Origin: an uncultured Desulfopila sp.
GTDB taxonomy: Bacteria > Desulfobacterota > Desulfobulbia > Desulfobulbales > Desulfocapsaceae
Direction of reading: 5' to 3'
Assembly (NCBI GenBank): GCA_964412665.1
Contig: CAYPPR010000009.1
Span: forward strand, 18,091-82,090
DNA length: 64,000 nucleotides
Shown piece by piece: positions 53,097-61,302 of the stretch; position 1 is the stretch's first letter; every line of letters begins with the position of its first letter. The translations under genes and the position numbers were made by a program. The notes below the pieces were generated by a model. It did not search any database, had not been told where the DNA came from, and saw only the letters and a list, made by a program, of their open reading frames with translations.

Positions 53097-55484
53097 TTAG
53101 TTGCGCAGCGGTTTACCGGTCTTCAGCATATGCTGGATGCGCTCGGCGGTCTTCTTGTTGCCGCAGAGTTTCAGGAAATTCTCCCTTTCCAGCTGCAGCA
53201 GGTACTCCTCGGTGATCATCGTACCGGGGTTGACATCGCCGCCACACATGACCTGGGCAATGATCGTGCCCATTTCCGCCTCATATTCGGTTATGAATTT
53301 ACCCATCTGCATATTCCACAGCTGGCTCTTGATAGCCGAGGCAATGCCGCGGCCGGGAGCCGGAATGTTTTCAACCGGCCGCTTCGGTCGATAATTAACC
53401 GCCAGGGCCAGAACCTTCTGTTTGGCATCGCCGATGAGCCGGTCAATATCCATGGTGATCGAATCGCCGTGGCGCATGTAGTCCATACCGAAGAGTTCAG
53501 CCGCGCCCATGGACACCTTGGCCATGGCCAGCTGCTCGAAGTTTTTGATGATAAACGGCTGGACATCGGCTTTGTTCTGCTGCGCCAGCTGGATGGCCCG
53601 CAGACTCATCTCCTTGGTGCCGCCGCCGCCGGGTAAAAGCCCCACGCCGATCTCGACCAGGCCCAGATAGGTCTCGGCATGGGCGTTGATGGCATCGGAG
53701 TGCAGACAGAACTCCGCCCCGCCGCCAAGGGCCATGTTAAACGGTGCGGCAACCACCGGCACCTTGGCATATTTTACCGCCATGGTCGCATTCTGGAAGG
53801 CCCGGACGGCCATATTGATATCGTCGTAGGCGCCTTCGGCGAGTGCCACCGCGACCATCATCAGGTTGGCGCCGACCGAGAAATTGGCGCCATGGTTACC
53901 GATGACCAGGCCGACGCCCTCTTCTTCGGCACGCTTGATGGCCTTGTGGGTCATGGCCAGAATATCGCCGCTGATGGAATTCATCTTCGAATGGAACTCA
54001 AAACCAAAGACGCCGTCGCCCAGATCAACGACCGAGCAGTTTGCGTTCTTCTCGACAACCCGACCGGCTTTTTTGAGGATCTGCAGCTGAATCTGTCCCT
54101 CTTTTACCGGGACGGGCAGGTATTGTTTTTTCAAAAGATCATAGTATTCTTTTTGCCCATCAGCATTAAACCTGTAGAAACTCTCCACGCCGACAAGACT
54201 TTCCGGCACTTTGACGCCATCCTTTTCCGCACGTTTGACAAAGGCCGGCACGCCGATCGCATCAAGCATTTCAAAGGGACCGATTTCCCAGTTAAAGCCC
54301 CAGCGCATGGCATTATCGACATTGACCACGTCGTCGGCGATCTCCGGGATACGGTTAACGGTGTAAATCAAGGTATCGCGGATGCTCTTCCAGGCAAACT
54401 CAGCGCCTTTATCCTTTGCGCCGACGACCATTTTCACCTTCTGGGCCGGATCATCAACCTGCTTGACCATCATCACCGAGGCGAACTTCGGCTTGGCCAG
54501 AGGTTTATAGTCACCGGTGGTATAATCGTAGTAGAAAATCTGTTTCTTGCCGTCAACGACATCCTTTTTATAAAAGCCCTGCCTGGTTTTATTGCCGAGC
54601 TGTCCGGCATCGATCATCTTTTTCATAAAGGCGGGCAATTTGAACACCTCGCGCTCTTCATCATTGGGCAGCAGGTCGTGGGAGTTGTTGCCGACATGGG
54701 CCAGTGTGTCCAGACCGACCAGATCGGCGGTGCGAAAGGCCGCACTCTTTGGCCGGGCAGTGGCCGGACCGGCAACGGCATCGACCTCTTCCACTGTCAT
54801 ACCCATCTCGACCATATGCTGGATACCTTTATAGATGGCATAGGTGCCGATTCTATTGGCGATGAAATTGGTGGTATCCTTGGCGTAGACGATGCCTTTG
54901 CCCAGTCTTTTGCTGATAAAGTCGGCCAAGCCCTTCATGACCACCGGGTCGGTCTCGCTGCAGGGAACGATCTCCATCAGCCGCATATAGCGAGGCGGAT
55001 TGAAAAAGTGCGTGGCAAGAAAATTTTTGCGCACCTCGTCGGGCAATACCGCCGCCATCTCGTTCACCGAAAGGCCGCTGGTATTGGTGGTAAGAATGGC
55101 TCCGGGGGCAAGATGCGGCACGAGTTTTTTCAGCAGATCAAGCTTGATCGGCATATACTCGACAACGACCTCGATAATCCAGTCACAGCTTTTTAATTTT
55201 CCCAGGTCATCCTCTAAATTACCCACCTGGATCTGCGTTGCATAGTCCTTGAGATAAAAAGGCGCCGGTTTCATCTTCAGCAATCCCTGCAGACCATTTT
55301 GCGCGATGCGGTTACGCACGGCCGGGCTGTCCAGAGTTAAACCCTTTGCTGCCTCCTGCTTGTCCAATTCCTTTGGAACGATATCAAGCAAAAGAATTTC
55401 CAATCCCGCATTGGCCAGATGGGCGGCAATGGTCGCTCCCATTACTCCGGCGCCAAGCACGGCTACTCGATTAATTTGCCTCAT
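53097..55484 (-). CDS. bifunctional 3-hydroxyacyl-CoA dehydrogenase (N-terminal) / enoyl-CoA hydratase-crotonase (C-terminal)
   Basis: VAVLGAGVMGATIAAHLA Rossmann fold at the N-terminus. The crotonase segment FSVGANL...AAPFNMALGGGAEFCLHSD lies in the C-terminal half. The domain order is reversed relative to E. coli FadB. Confidence 0.9.
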   Translation of the reverse strand: MRQINRVAVLGAGVMGATIAAHLANAGLEILLLDIVPKELDKQEAAKGLTLDSPAVRNRIAQNGLQGLLKMKPAPFYLKDYATQIQVGNLEDDLGKLKSCDWIIEVVVEYMPIKLDLLKKLVPHLAPGAILTTNTSGLSVNEMAAVLPDEVRKNFLATHFFNPPRYMRLMEIVPCSETDPVVMKGLADFISKRLGKGIVYAKDTTNFIANRIGTYAIYKGIQHMVEMGMTVEEVDAVAGPATARPKSAAFRTADLVGLDTLAHVGNNSHDLLPNDEEREVFKLPAFMKKMIDAGQLGNKTRQGFYKKDVVDGKKQIFYYDYTTGDYKPLAKPKFASVMMVKQVDDPAQKVKMVVGAKDKGAEFAWKSIRDTLIYTVNRIPEIADDVVNVDNAMRWGFNWEIGPFEMLDAIGVPAFVKRAEKDGVKVPESLVGVESFYRFNADGQKEYYDLLKKQYLPVPVKEGQIQLQILKKAGRVVEKNANCSVVDLGDGVFGFEFHSKMNSISGDILAMTHKAIKRAEEEGVGLVIGNHGANFSVGANLMMVAVALAEGAYDDINMAVRAFQNATMAVKYAKVPVVAAPFNMALGGGAEFCLHSDAINAHAETYLGLVEIGVGLLPGGGGTKEMSLRAIQLAQQNKADVQPFIIKNFEQLAMAKVSMGAAELFGMDYMRHGDSITMDIDRLIGDAKQKVLALAVNYRPKRPVENIPAPGRGIASAIKSQLWNMQMGKFITEYEAEMGTIIAQVMCGGDVNPGTMITEEYLLQLERENFLKLCGNKKTAERIQHMLKTGKPLRN

Positions 55485-55533
55485 TTTGTCTCTCCATTAA
55501 TTTTTGATAAACTCGTAAAAAGCTTTAAAAGAG

Positions 55534-55549
55534 TTTTTACGACGCCATC
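55534..55549 (+). repeat. copy 4 of the exact 16-mer TTTTTACGACGCCATC
   Basis: Read directly. Its last two bases plus the next base (TCA, 55548-55550) form the TGA stop of the acyl-CoA ligase gene. TCGTAAAAA (55513-55521) upstream forms a 9-bp inverted repeat with its 5' part. Confidence 0.95.
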
Positions 55550-57395
55550 AATTTTTTACTTGCTGGGTTATAACCCCATTGCCATTAGCTTTCGATACAT
55601 AGAGATCCTCGATGACATCCTGGTATTTTTCGAGGATAAACTTGCGTTTCAGTTTCAGAGTGGGAGTGAGTTCTCCGCCTTCAATGGAGAAATCACCCGG
55701 TACGATTGCGAAATATTTTATTGTCTTGTAAGGCGGATAGTTTTTGTTCAGCTCCTTGATGCGATCAGCATACAGCTCCTTCACCCTGGTGTTGAGCACC
55801 AGCTCGTTGATATCGATGTAACTGATTTTTTCCTCCTGGGCAAAATCAAAAAGACTTTCGACATCAGGCGTAATAACCACCACCAGATAGGGTTTACGAT
55901 CGCCGAAAACGATGGCCTGGGAGATATACTTATCGAGCTTCAGTTCATTTTCAATCGGCTGGGGGGCGATGTTTTTCCCGCCGGCGGTGACAATGAGCTC
56001 TTTTTTACGATCGACGATATAGACGAAACCCTCTTCATCGATGACGGCTATATCGCCGGTCTTAAACCAGCCGTCCTCAAAGGTCTCCATTGTTGCCTGG
56101 TCGTTATTGTAATAGCCGAGCATCACCTGAGGTCCCTTGACCAGCAGCTCGCCGTCCGGCGCCAGTTTGAGTTCGGTTTCCCGCAGGGCCTTGCCGACGG
56201 AATCAAAACGTATCTTACCGACGCCACTGATGGCCACTCCGGGGCTGGTCTCGGTCAGGCCGTAGCCGTTGAAGACTGGCAGACCGATAATCCACATGAA
56301 CTCATTGATGGTTTTGTCCAGCGGCGCACCGCCGCAGAGGAAGTAGTTCAGCCTGCCGCCAAAGCGGGCGCGAATTTTTTCAAAGACCAGCTTGTCGTAC
56401 AGTTTGTATTTAAAATTGAGCAGCCCGAGCGGCTCGTTGGTGACATATTTTTTATTGACATACTCGCGACCGACCTCGATTGCCTGATGAAATATTTTTT
56501 GGCGTAAGGGAGGCATCTTGTTGACGCTTTCATATATCTTGGAATAGATTTTTTCAAACAGCCTCGGCACACTGACCATCGTCGTCGGGCGAATTTCGGC
56601 CATATTTTCCATCACCGCCGCGGCGTTTTCGGCAAAAGCGATATGGTTGCCGTTCATCAGCGTCACGTAATATCCGGCGGTCCTCTCGAGCACGTGGCTG
56701 AGCGGCAGGAAGCTGAGGGTTGTCTCATTTACCATCGGCATGCCGAGCTGCTCCAGACCGTACTCGGCATTGATCATAATATTACGCTGACTGAGCAGCA
56801 CCCCTTTCGGCACCCCTGTCGTTCCCGAGGTGTAGATAACGGTGATGATATCGTCGTGGGTAATCTTATCAATCTGCTCCTCGATCTGTCGTGTCTCCTC
56901 CTCGGTCAAAGGAGTATCGACATCGGACAGCTGATACTGGCTGGAAACGGGGAAGGAACGGTGCCCCATGAAACGTTCATAGGAAAAAACCAGCTCCAGA
57001 TGCGGCAGCTGATCCTTTATGGAATAGAGCTTCTCATACTGTCCCCTGGTGGAGCAAAAAACAATTTTTGCCTCACAATGATTAAGGATGTATGCCGCCT
57101 GCTTGCCGGTGTTGGTGGCATAGATCGGTACGGTGATGCCGCCGGCGCTCTGAATGCCGAAATCGGAGATAGCCCATCCCAGGCGATTCTCGGAAAAAAT
57201 TGCTACCTTGTCGCCGGGCACCATCCCCGCCTTGCCCAAGCCCCGCGCCAGCATGAGAACCCTCTCGTAGAACTCCTCGTAGGTCAGGGACAGGTAAACC
57301 CCCTTTTTTTTGTAACTGATCGCGGTCTTTTTGCTGTACTTGCGGGCATTATCTTTGAGTACCGCCGGGATCGACTGATATGACATTATGTTCAT
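55548..57395 (-). CDS. fadD: long-chain-fatty-acid--CoA ligase (AMP-forming)
   Basis: AMP-binding motifs YTSGTTGVPKGV, GYGLTET and TGDIAVIDEEGF, plus a C-terminal LKLKRK. Start moved to MNIMSYQ (57395), which has GGGGAGAAAG SD. Confidence 0.92.
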   Translation of the reverse strand: MNIMSYQSIPAVLKDNARKYSKKTAISYKKKGVYLSLTYEEFYERVLMLARGLGKAGMVPGDKVAIFSENRLGWAISDFGIQSAGGITVPIYATNTGKQAAYILNHCEAKIVFCSTRGQYEKLYSIKDQLPHLELVFSYERFMGHRSFPVSSQYQLSDVDTPLTEEETRQIEEQIDKITHDDIITVIYTSGTTGVPKGVLLSQRNIMINAEYGLEQLGMPMVNETTLSFLPLSHVLERTAGYYVTLMNGNHIAFAENAAAVMENMAEIRPTTMVSVPRLFEKIYSKIYESVNKMPPLRQKIFHQAIEVGREYVNKKYVTNEPLGLLNFKYKLYDKLVFEKIRARFGGRLNYFLCGGAPLDKTINEFMWIIGLPVFNGYGLTETSPGVAISGVGKIRFDSVGKALRETELKLAPDGELLVKGPQVMLGYYNNDQATMETFEDGWFKTGDIAVIDEEGFVYIVDRKKELIVTAGGKNIAPQPIENELKLDKYISQAIVFGDRKPYLVVVITPDVESLFDFAQEEKISYIDINELVLNTRVKELYADRIKELNKNYPPYKTIKYFAIVPGDFSIEGGELTPTLKLKRKFILEKYQDVIEDLYVSKANGNGVITQQVKN

Positions 57396-57440
57396 ACTTT
57401 TCTTTCTCCCCAGAAACTGTTCACGCTGACACATCGCCTA

Positions 57441-57454
57441 TAACGTTTACGTTA
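57441..57454. promoter_or_regulatory. inverted repeat TAACGT-TT-ACGTTA in the fadD leader
   Basis: Read directly. It lies between the putative -10 (57473-57478) and the fadD ATG (57395). Confidence 0.35.
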
Positions 57455-57472
57455 AATAACCTTCTCCTGCCT

Positions 57473-57501
57473 TGTATAACTTACCTTAACGTTTAAGTCA
57501 A
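57473..57501 (-). promoter_or_regulatory. putative promoter of the fadD-fadB-fadA... operon
   Basis: On the minus strand, TTGACT (57501-57496), a 17-nt spacer (TAAACGTTAAGGTAAGT), then TATACA (57478-57473). Confidence 0.45.
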
Positions 57502-57602
57502 CATCAAATCAAGCAATTATTTGCATCAATCTTCCTGTTGAAGAAAAAAATTCACAGAAAAAATATAACCACGACACCTGTGATCTTTTTCACCCTATAA
57601 CA

Positions 57603-57637
57603 GCGTGTTACCGGAAAGACAACACCGCGCATTTTTT
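57603..57637 (+). terminator. terminator-like hairpin plus T6 with no upstream plus-strand gene
   Basis: GCGTGTT...AACACCGC forms a 7-bp stem with one bulge and an 11-nt loop. It is followed by GCATTTTTT. Confidence 0.3.
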
Positions 57638-57681
57638 AGCTGCGCGCCTGCGTACATTCGCCGGGCCGATCTTAATAAGCA

Positions 57682-57711
57682 TTGAAGAACAATCGATCTT
57701 TTACGTAAAGA
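57682..57711 (+). promoter_or_regulatory. putative promoter upstream of DUF423 with a TTTACGTAAA dyad overlapping the spacer and -10
   Basis: TTGAAG (57682-57687), an 18-nt spacer, then TAAAGA (57706-57711). The palindrome TTTACGTAAA lies at 57700-57709. Confidence 0.35.
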
Positions 57712-57878
57712 TGGTTGCCACTGGATCGACCCAGAGGGCAGACTTTTTCCACTGGATACCATGCCCCGCATGGGGTACTCTTGCCGGATGCGGTGCATCC
57801 CTTGCCGCATCAGCCCTGGACTGCAACGCAGCAACAAGGAGGCACCAGAAGATCAGAAGAAAAAGACAAAGGAAGACA

Positions 57879-58250
57879 ATGACACATCTATTTATCGCCA
57901 TAGGTTCGGCACTGGCGCTTGCCGGGGTCCTGGCCAGATCACTCAGTGCCCATGCACTGCTGCAATTACTCGAAGAGCGGGGCAAGCTGGACAATTTCAA
58001 CCTGGCCGCCGATTATCTGCTGTTTCACGGCCTGGCGCTGATCGCCGTCGCCATCCTCTGCCGGCTTTTTCCCGAAGCGACCTACCACCGCGCCGGCTGG
58101 GCTTTTGTGCTCGGTTCTCTCCTCTTTCAGGGAACGGTACTGACAAAAAGCGTTGTCTCCATCCAGCCGTTTGGCTTTCTCACCCCGCTGGGCGGATTTG
58201 TTTTGATGCTTGGCTGGGGATTACTGCTGGTTGCCGCGCTGCAGAGGTAG
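57879..58250 (+). CDS. DUF423 (YgdD/TMEM256-like) small membrane protein
   Basis: 123 aa, four TM helices, HGLALIA and GSLLFQG-type motifs. Start placed at MTHLFIA, which has AGGAAG SD. The longer ORF-track start at 57711 is unsupported. Confidence 0.75.
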   Translation: MTHLFIAIGSALALAGVLARSLSAHALLQLLEERGKLDNFNLAADYLLFHGLALIAVAILCRLFPEATYHRAGWAFVLGSLLFQGTVLTKSVVSIQPFGFLTPLGGFVLMLGWGLLLVAALQR

Positions 58251-58255
58251 TAAAA

Positions 58256-58273
58256 TTAATCTGGGGACATAAT
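58256..58273 (+). repeat. solo copy of TTAATCTGGGGACATAAT (same 18-mer as the 63456-63546 element ends)
   Basis: Read directly. The left flank GGTAGTAAAA also resembles GGTAGTTACA at 63446-63455. Confidence 0.9.
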
Positions 58274-58307
58274 GTATGCAAATAAAGCACAAGGGGGAGG
58301 TGAAATC

Positions 58308-58580
58308 ATGCCATCAGTCACTGTCAGAAACGTACCGGATGAGGTTCATCGCGCTTTGCGGGTTAGAGCCGCACAGCATGGCCGAAGCGCCGAAGCTGAA
58401 ATTCGTGAGATACTGGAAAATGCCGTCCAGCCGGAAGGAAGAGTAAAACTTGGTTCTTTACTTGCTAACATTGGTCGCAAAATCAATTTGAGCGATGATG
58501 AATTTTCGGTTTTTGAGCAGAGCCGAGATAAATCTCCGGCCAAACCGGTGGTTTTATATTTTTCATTGTCGGTTGTTTGA
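58308..58580 (+). CDS. FitA/VapB-type ribbon-helix-helix antitoxin, orphan (no PIN toxin gene follows)
   Basis: MPSVTVRNVPDEVHRALRVRAAQHGRSAEAEIREILENAV is the classic FitA-like RHH N-terminus. GGGGGAGGTG SD. The C-terminal VLYFSLSVV tail is atypical. Confidence 0.8.
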   Translation: MPSVTVRNVPDEVHRALRVRAAQHGRSAEAEIREILENAVQPEGRVKLGSLLANIGRKINLSDDEFSVFEQSRDKSPAKPVVLYFSLSVV

Positions 58581-58674
58581 CAAGGCTTTCTATTATTTCA
58601 GAGCATATAAATTCAAACGGCGGCAAGTTTCATGGATGTTCCTTGGATGTGGTGCCGACTGTTAATCCATTGAT

Positions 58675-61302
58675 CTACGGCACCACCGTCTCCTCAGCTG
58701 CAGCAGTCTCGGGATCGGCGATAATGGTCTCGATCAACTTGGCCGGCAGCGGCGCAAAGGCGCTGATAACCGACACTATCACCGCGGCCAGATAGGGAAT
58801 CGATTGCACCAGAAGAACAATGACCCAGACCAGGACATCCGGGGTGTCGGAACCTTCCTGCATGATAATGCCATGCACCGCAAGAAGCAAAGCCAGCCCG
58901 ATCAAGCCCTCTTCCCTGGCTGACTGCAGCGCGTGCCAGAATTTTCTCCCCTTGACTATTTTCGGCGTCCTGAAAAAGGGCAGGCTATTGGTCACAAGAC
59001 CGAACATTATCGCCTTGGCAATGGTGTGCGACAGGGCAAGACCGGCCAGGGCCGAGGCCATCGTCTGGGTAAGGGTTGCTTTTACCCGGCTGCGGTAGAG
59101 GTAGAACATCTTGGCCATCTTGAAGACAAAAAACGACAGGGGCACGGAAGACAATATAATCAACGGCGGATCGAACCTGGCCGGATAATGGATCATAGCC
59201 ATCGACCAGCCCAGGGCCGCCAGGGTGAAAGTGAAATTGATGCTGTCAGCCAGCCACGGCAGCCAGCCGGCAACGAAATGATAGCGCTGGCCGACGGTCA
59301 ACCGGCTGCGGCCGCCGCGCCGCAGGGTCGGACCATGCTTGCGCATGATCTGCATTGCTCCGTAGGCCCAGCGATAGCGCTGTTTCTTGAAATCATTGAA
59401 GGTGTCGGGCATGACGCCCTTGCCGTAACTTTTGGCCACATACAGCGCCTCGTAGCCCTTCTCGAAGATTTTCAAGCCCAGTTCGGCGTCTTCGGTAATG
59501 CACCATTCCGCCCAGCCGTCCACCTCTTCGAGAACGGATTTTCGCACCATCGTCATGGTACCGTGCTGAATGATGGCATTGCGCTCATTGCGGGTGACCA
59601 TACCGATATAGAAAAAGCCGCGATATTCGGCATAGCACATGGCCTTGAACAGGTTTTCATGGTCATCCCGGTAGTCCTGCGGCGCCTGGACAATGGCCAC
59701 GGCCGGCCTGCTAAACTGCGGCACGAGATCGCGCAGCCAGTTTGCGGTTACCGCATAATCGCTGTCGATGACCGCTATCACCTCGGCATCCGGCGAGGTC
59801 TTTGCCAGGCTGTAGTTGAGGGCCCCGGCCTTGAATCCAGCCAGCTGATCTTCATGAAAAAAATGAAACCGCGCACCAAGGGCCTTGCAATGCGCCTGCA
59901 CCGGCTGCCATACCTCGGGATCCTTGGTATTATTATCCATGACAATGACTTCAAAGCGAGGATAATCAAGGGCGGCCAGGGCGTTCAATGTGTCGATCAT
60001 CATGTCCGGCGGCTCGTTATAGGCCGGAACATGCACCGACACCAGGGGCAGCTGGTTTTCCGGCACGTCGATCGGTGTAAAGGCGCGTCTGCTCCCTTTC
60101 GACCAGATGGCCTCGGCCCATTCATGCGCTTCCGTCAGCAGCACTATAGCCACCCCGATCAGGCCGAACAGCATAAGAAAACCGACAACGAGCGCCGGCA
60201 CCGTCAGATACTGCCGGGAGTAACTATAAATTATCCACACCGCTCCGGTAGCCGCGACAAAGGCAATGATTGCCAGAAAGCCTCGGCCGCTTTTTTTCAA
60301 AGTCCTGCTGTCAATGAGCAGCAAAGCAAAGGTGATGAGGGCAATAATAATGGAACTACCGGCCAGAATACGCCATTCCGGCACGTCGACGATGGGCGAG
60401 GTAAATGGAAATTTTGCCTGGCGTTCCACGTCATACACGCCCCAGTAGGCGCCGACCGCACCCTCGGTCGTCCTTTTCCAGGGCTGATCAAAGGCCTCCA
60501 TGACATAATAAATATAGCCGAGTTTTTCCGCCTGGGTGATAAAGCGCCGCAGAAATGTCGCCTCATTGGCAAGAGAAGCGACGGCCTGACGCCGAACCCT
60601 GCCGTTACTCGGCCAGCCGACCTCGGCAATGACCACCGGGGTGTGCGGGAAAGTATTTTCGAGCAAGGCCATATGTTCGATGATAAAATCGACCGCTTTT
60701 TCCACATCAATACCTTCCCAGTAGGGCAGCATATGGGTACCGATGAAATCGACATGCTCGACAAGTTCCGGGTTTTTGATCCAGATGTGCCACGGCTCGG
60801 CGGTACTGACAGGTATATCCAGGGCTTTTCTTACTCGATCAAGATACACGGTAAGCTGTTTCACCGTGATATCATTGCGCAGTATGACCTCGTTGCCGAC
60901 AATGACCCGGATGACATTACGATAGTTTTCCCGGGCCAGCTGGATGACCTTGTTAATCTGCTCTTCATTCTGCTCCAGATCCTTACTCAGCCAAGCGCCC
61001 AACGTTACATTTATGCCGTGTTTGCGGGCGAGAGCTGGAATCTTCTCTTGGACACCTTCAACCGTATAGGTCCGTATGGCGTTGGTGGTGTTCGCCAGAA
61101 GTCGTAGATCCGCTTCAATCTCCGCCTCGGTAGGCTGTTTTTTATTCTTGGTCGGATCGTTCCAGGCCTGCATGGGAGAAAAGGAAAAGCCCTGGATGCG
61201 GCTCGGCCATGGCGGTTCCATTTCTGGTCTGTTTAACAGAGCCCAAAAGCTGATGGAAACGACGGCAATGGCTATGCCGATAAGGATATTAGCTCTGGTC
61301 AT
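58675..61302 (-). CDS. NdvB-like bifunctional glucan synthase: N-terminal GH17 beta-1,3-glucanosyl domain + membrane-embedded GT2 glycosyltransferase
   Basis: GH17-like segment GNEVILR...MLPYWEG...VVIAEVGWPSNG. GT2 segment VSVHVPAYNEP...DSDY...TEDAELG...QRYRWAYG (a QxxRW-like processive motif). Multiple TM helices. Confidence 0.78.
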   Translation of the reverse strand: MTRANILIGIAIAVVSISFWALLNRPEMEPPWPSRIQGFSFSPMQAWNDPTKNKKQPTEAEIEADLRLLANTTNAIRTYTVEGVQEKIPALARKHGINVTLGAWLSKDLEQNEEQINKVIQLARENYRNVIRVIVGNEVILRNDITVKQLTVYLDRVRKALDIPVSTAEPWHIWIKNPELVEHVDFIGTHMLPYWEGIDVEKAVDFIIEHMALLENTFPHTPVVIAEVGWPSNGRVRRQAVASLANEATFLRRFITQAEKLGYIYYVMEAFDQPWKRTTEGAVGAYWGVYDVERQAKFPFTSPIVDVPEWRILAGSSIIIALITFALLLIDSRTLKKSGRGFLAIIAFVAATGAVWIIYSYSRQYLTVPALVVGFLMLFGLIGVAIVLLTEAHEWAEAIWSKGSRRAFTPIDVPENQLPLVSVHVPAYNEPPDMMIDTLNALAALDYPRFEVIVMDNNTKDPEVWQPVQAHCKALGARFHFFHEDQLAGFKAGALNYSLAKTSPDAEVIAVIDSDYAVTANWLRDLVPQFSRPAVAIVQAPQDYRDDHENLFKAMCYAEYRGFFYIGMVTRNERNAIIQHGTMTMVRKSVLEEVDGWAEWCITEDAELGLKIFEKGYEALYVAKSYGKGVMPDTFNDFKKQRYRWAYGAMQIMRKHGPTLRRGGRSRLTVGQRYHFVAGWLPWLADSINFTFTLAALGWSMAMIHYPARFDPPLIILSSVPLSFFVFKMAKMFYLYRSRVKATLTQTMASALAGLALSHTIAKAIMFGLVTNSLPFFRTPKIVKGRKFWHALQSAREEGLIGLALLLAVHGIIMQEGSDTPDVLVWVIVLLVQSIPYLAAVIVSVISAFAPLPAKLIETIIADPETAAAEETVVP

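Noticed and set aside
53679-55196. 505-aa plus-strand ORF
   Set aside because: It is antisense to the HAD/crotonase fusion gene and has no motifs. It is a shadow ORF.
55419-56507. 362-aa plus-strand ORF
   Set aside because: It spans an intergenic gap and is antisense to both the fadB-like and fadD genes. It has no coding signature.
57595-58285. Overlapping ORFs 57595-57837(-), 57701-58000(-), 57711-58250(+, long form) and 57761-58285(+)
   Set aside because: They are mutually exclusive, Arg/Cys/Pro-rich translations of a GC-rich leader. Only the 123-aa DUF423 frame from 57879 has an SD and TM-protein character.
58577-58795. 72-aa TTG-start ORF after the FitA-like antitoxin; its ...LSIISEH... 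faintly recalls the LDTNVISE start of PIN toxins
   Set aside because: The resemblance covers only a few residues, and the key Asp is absent. The frame also runs into the convergent glucan synthase gene. At most it is a relic, and that is not supportable.
58933-61107. 724-aa plus-strand ORF
   Set aside because: It is antisense to the GH17-GT2 gene. The translation is Gly/His/Arg-rich with no recognisable domain.
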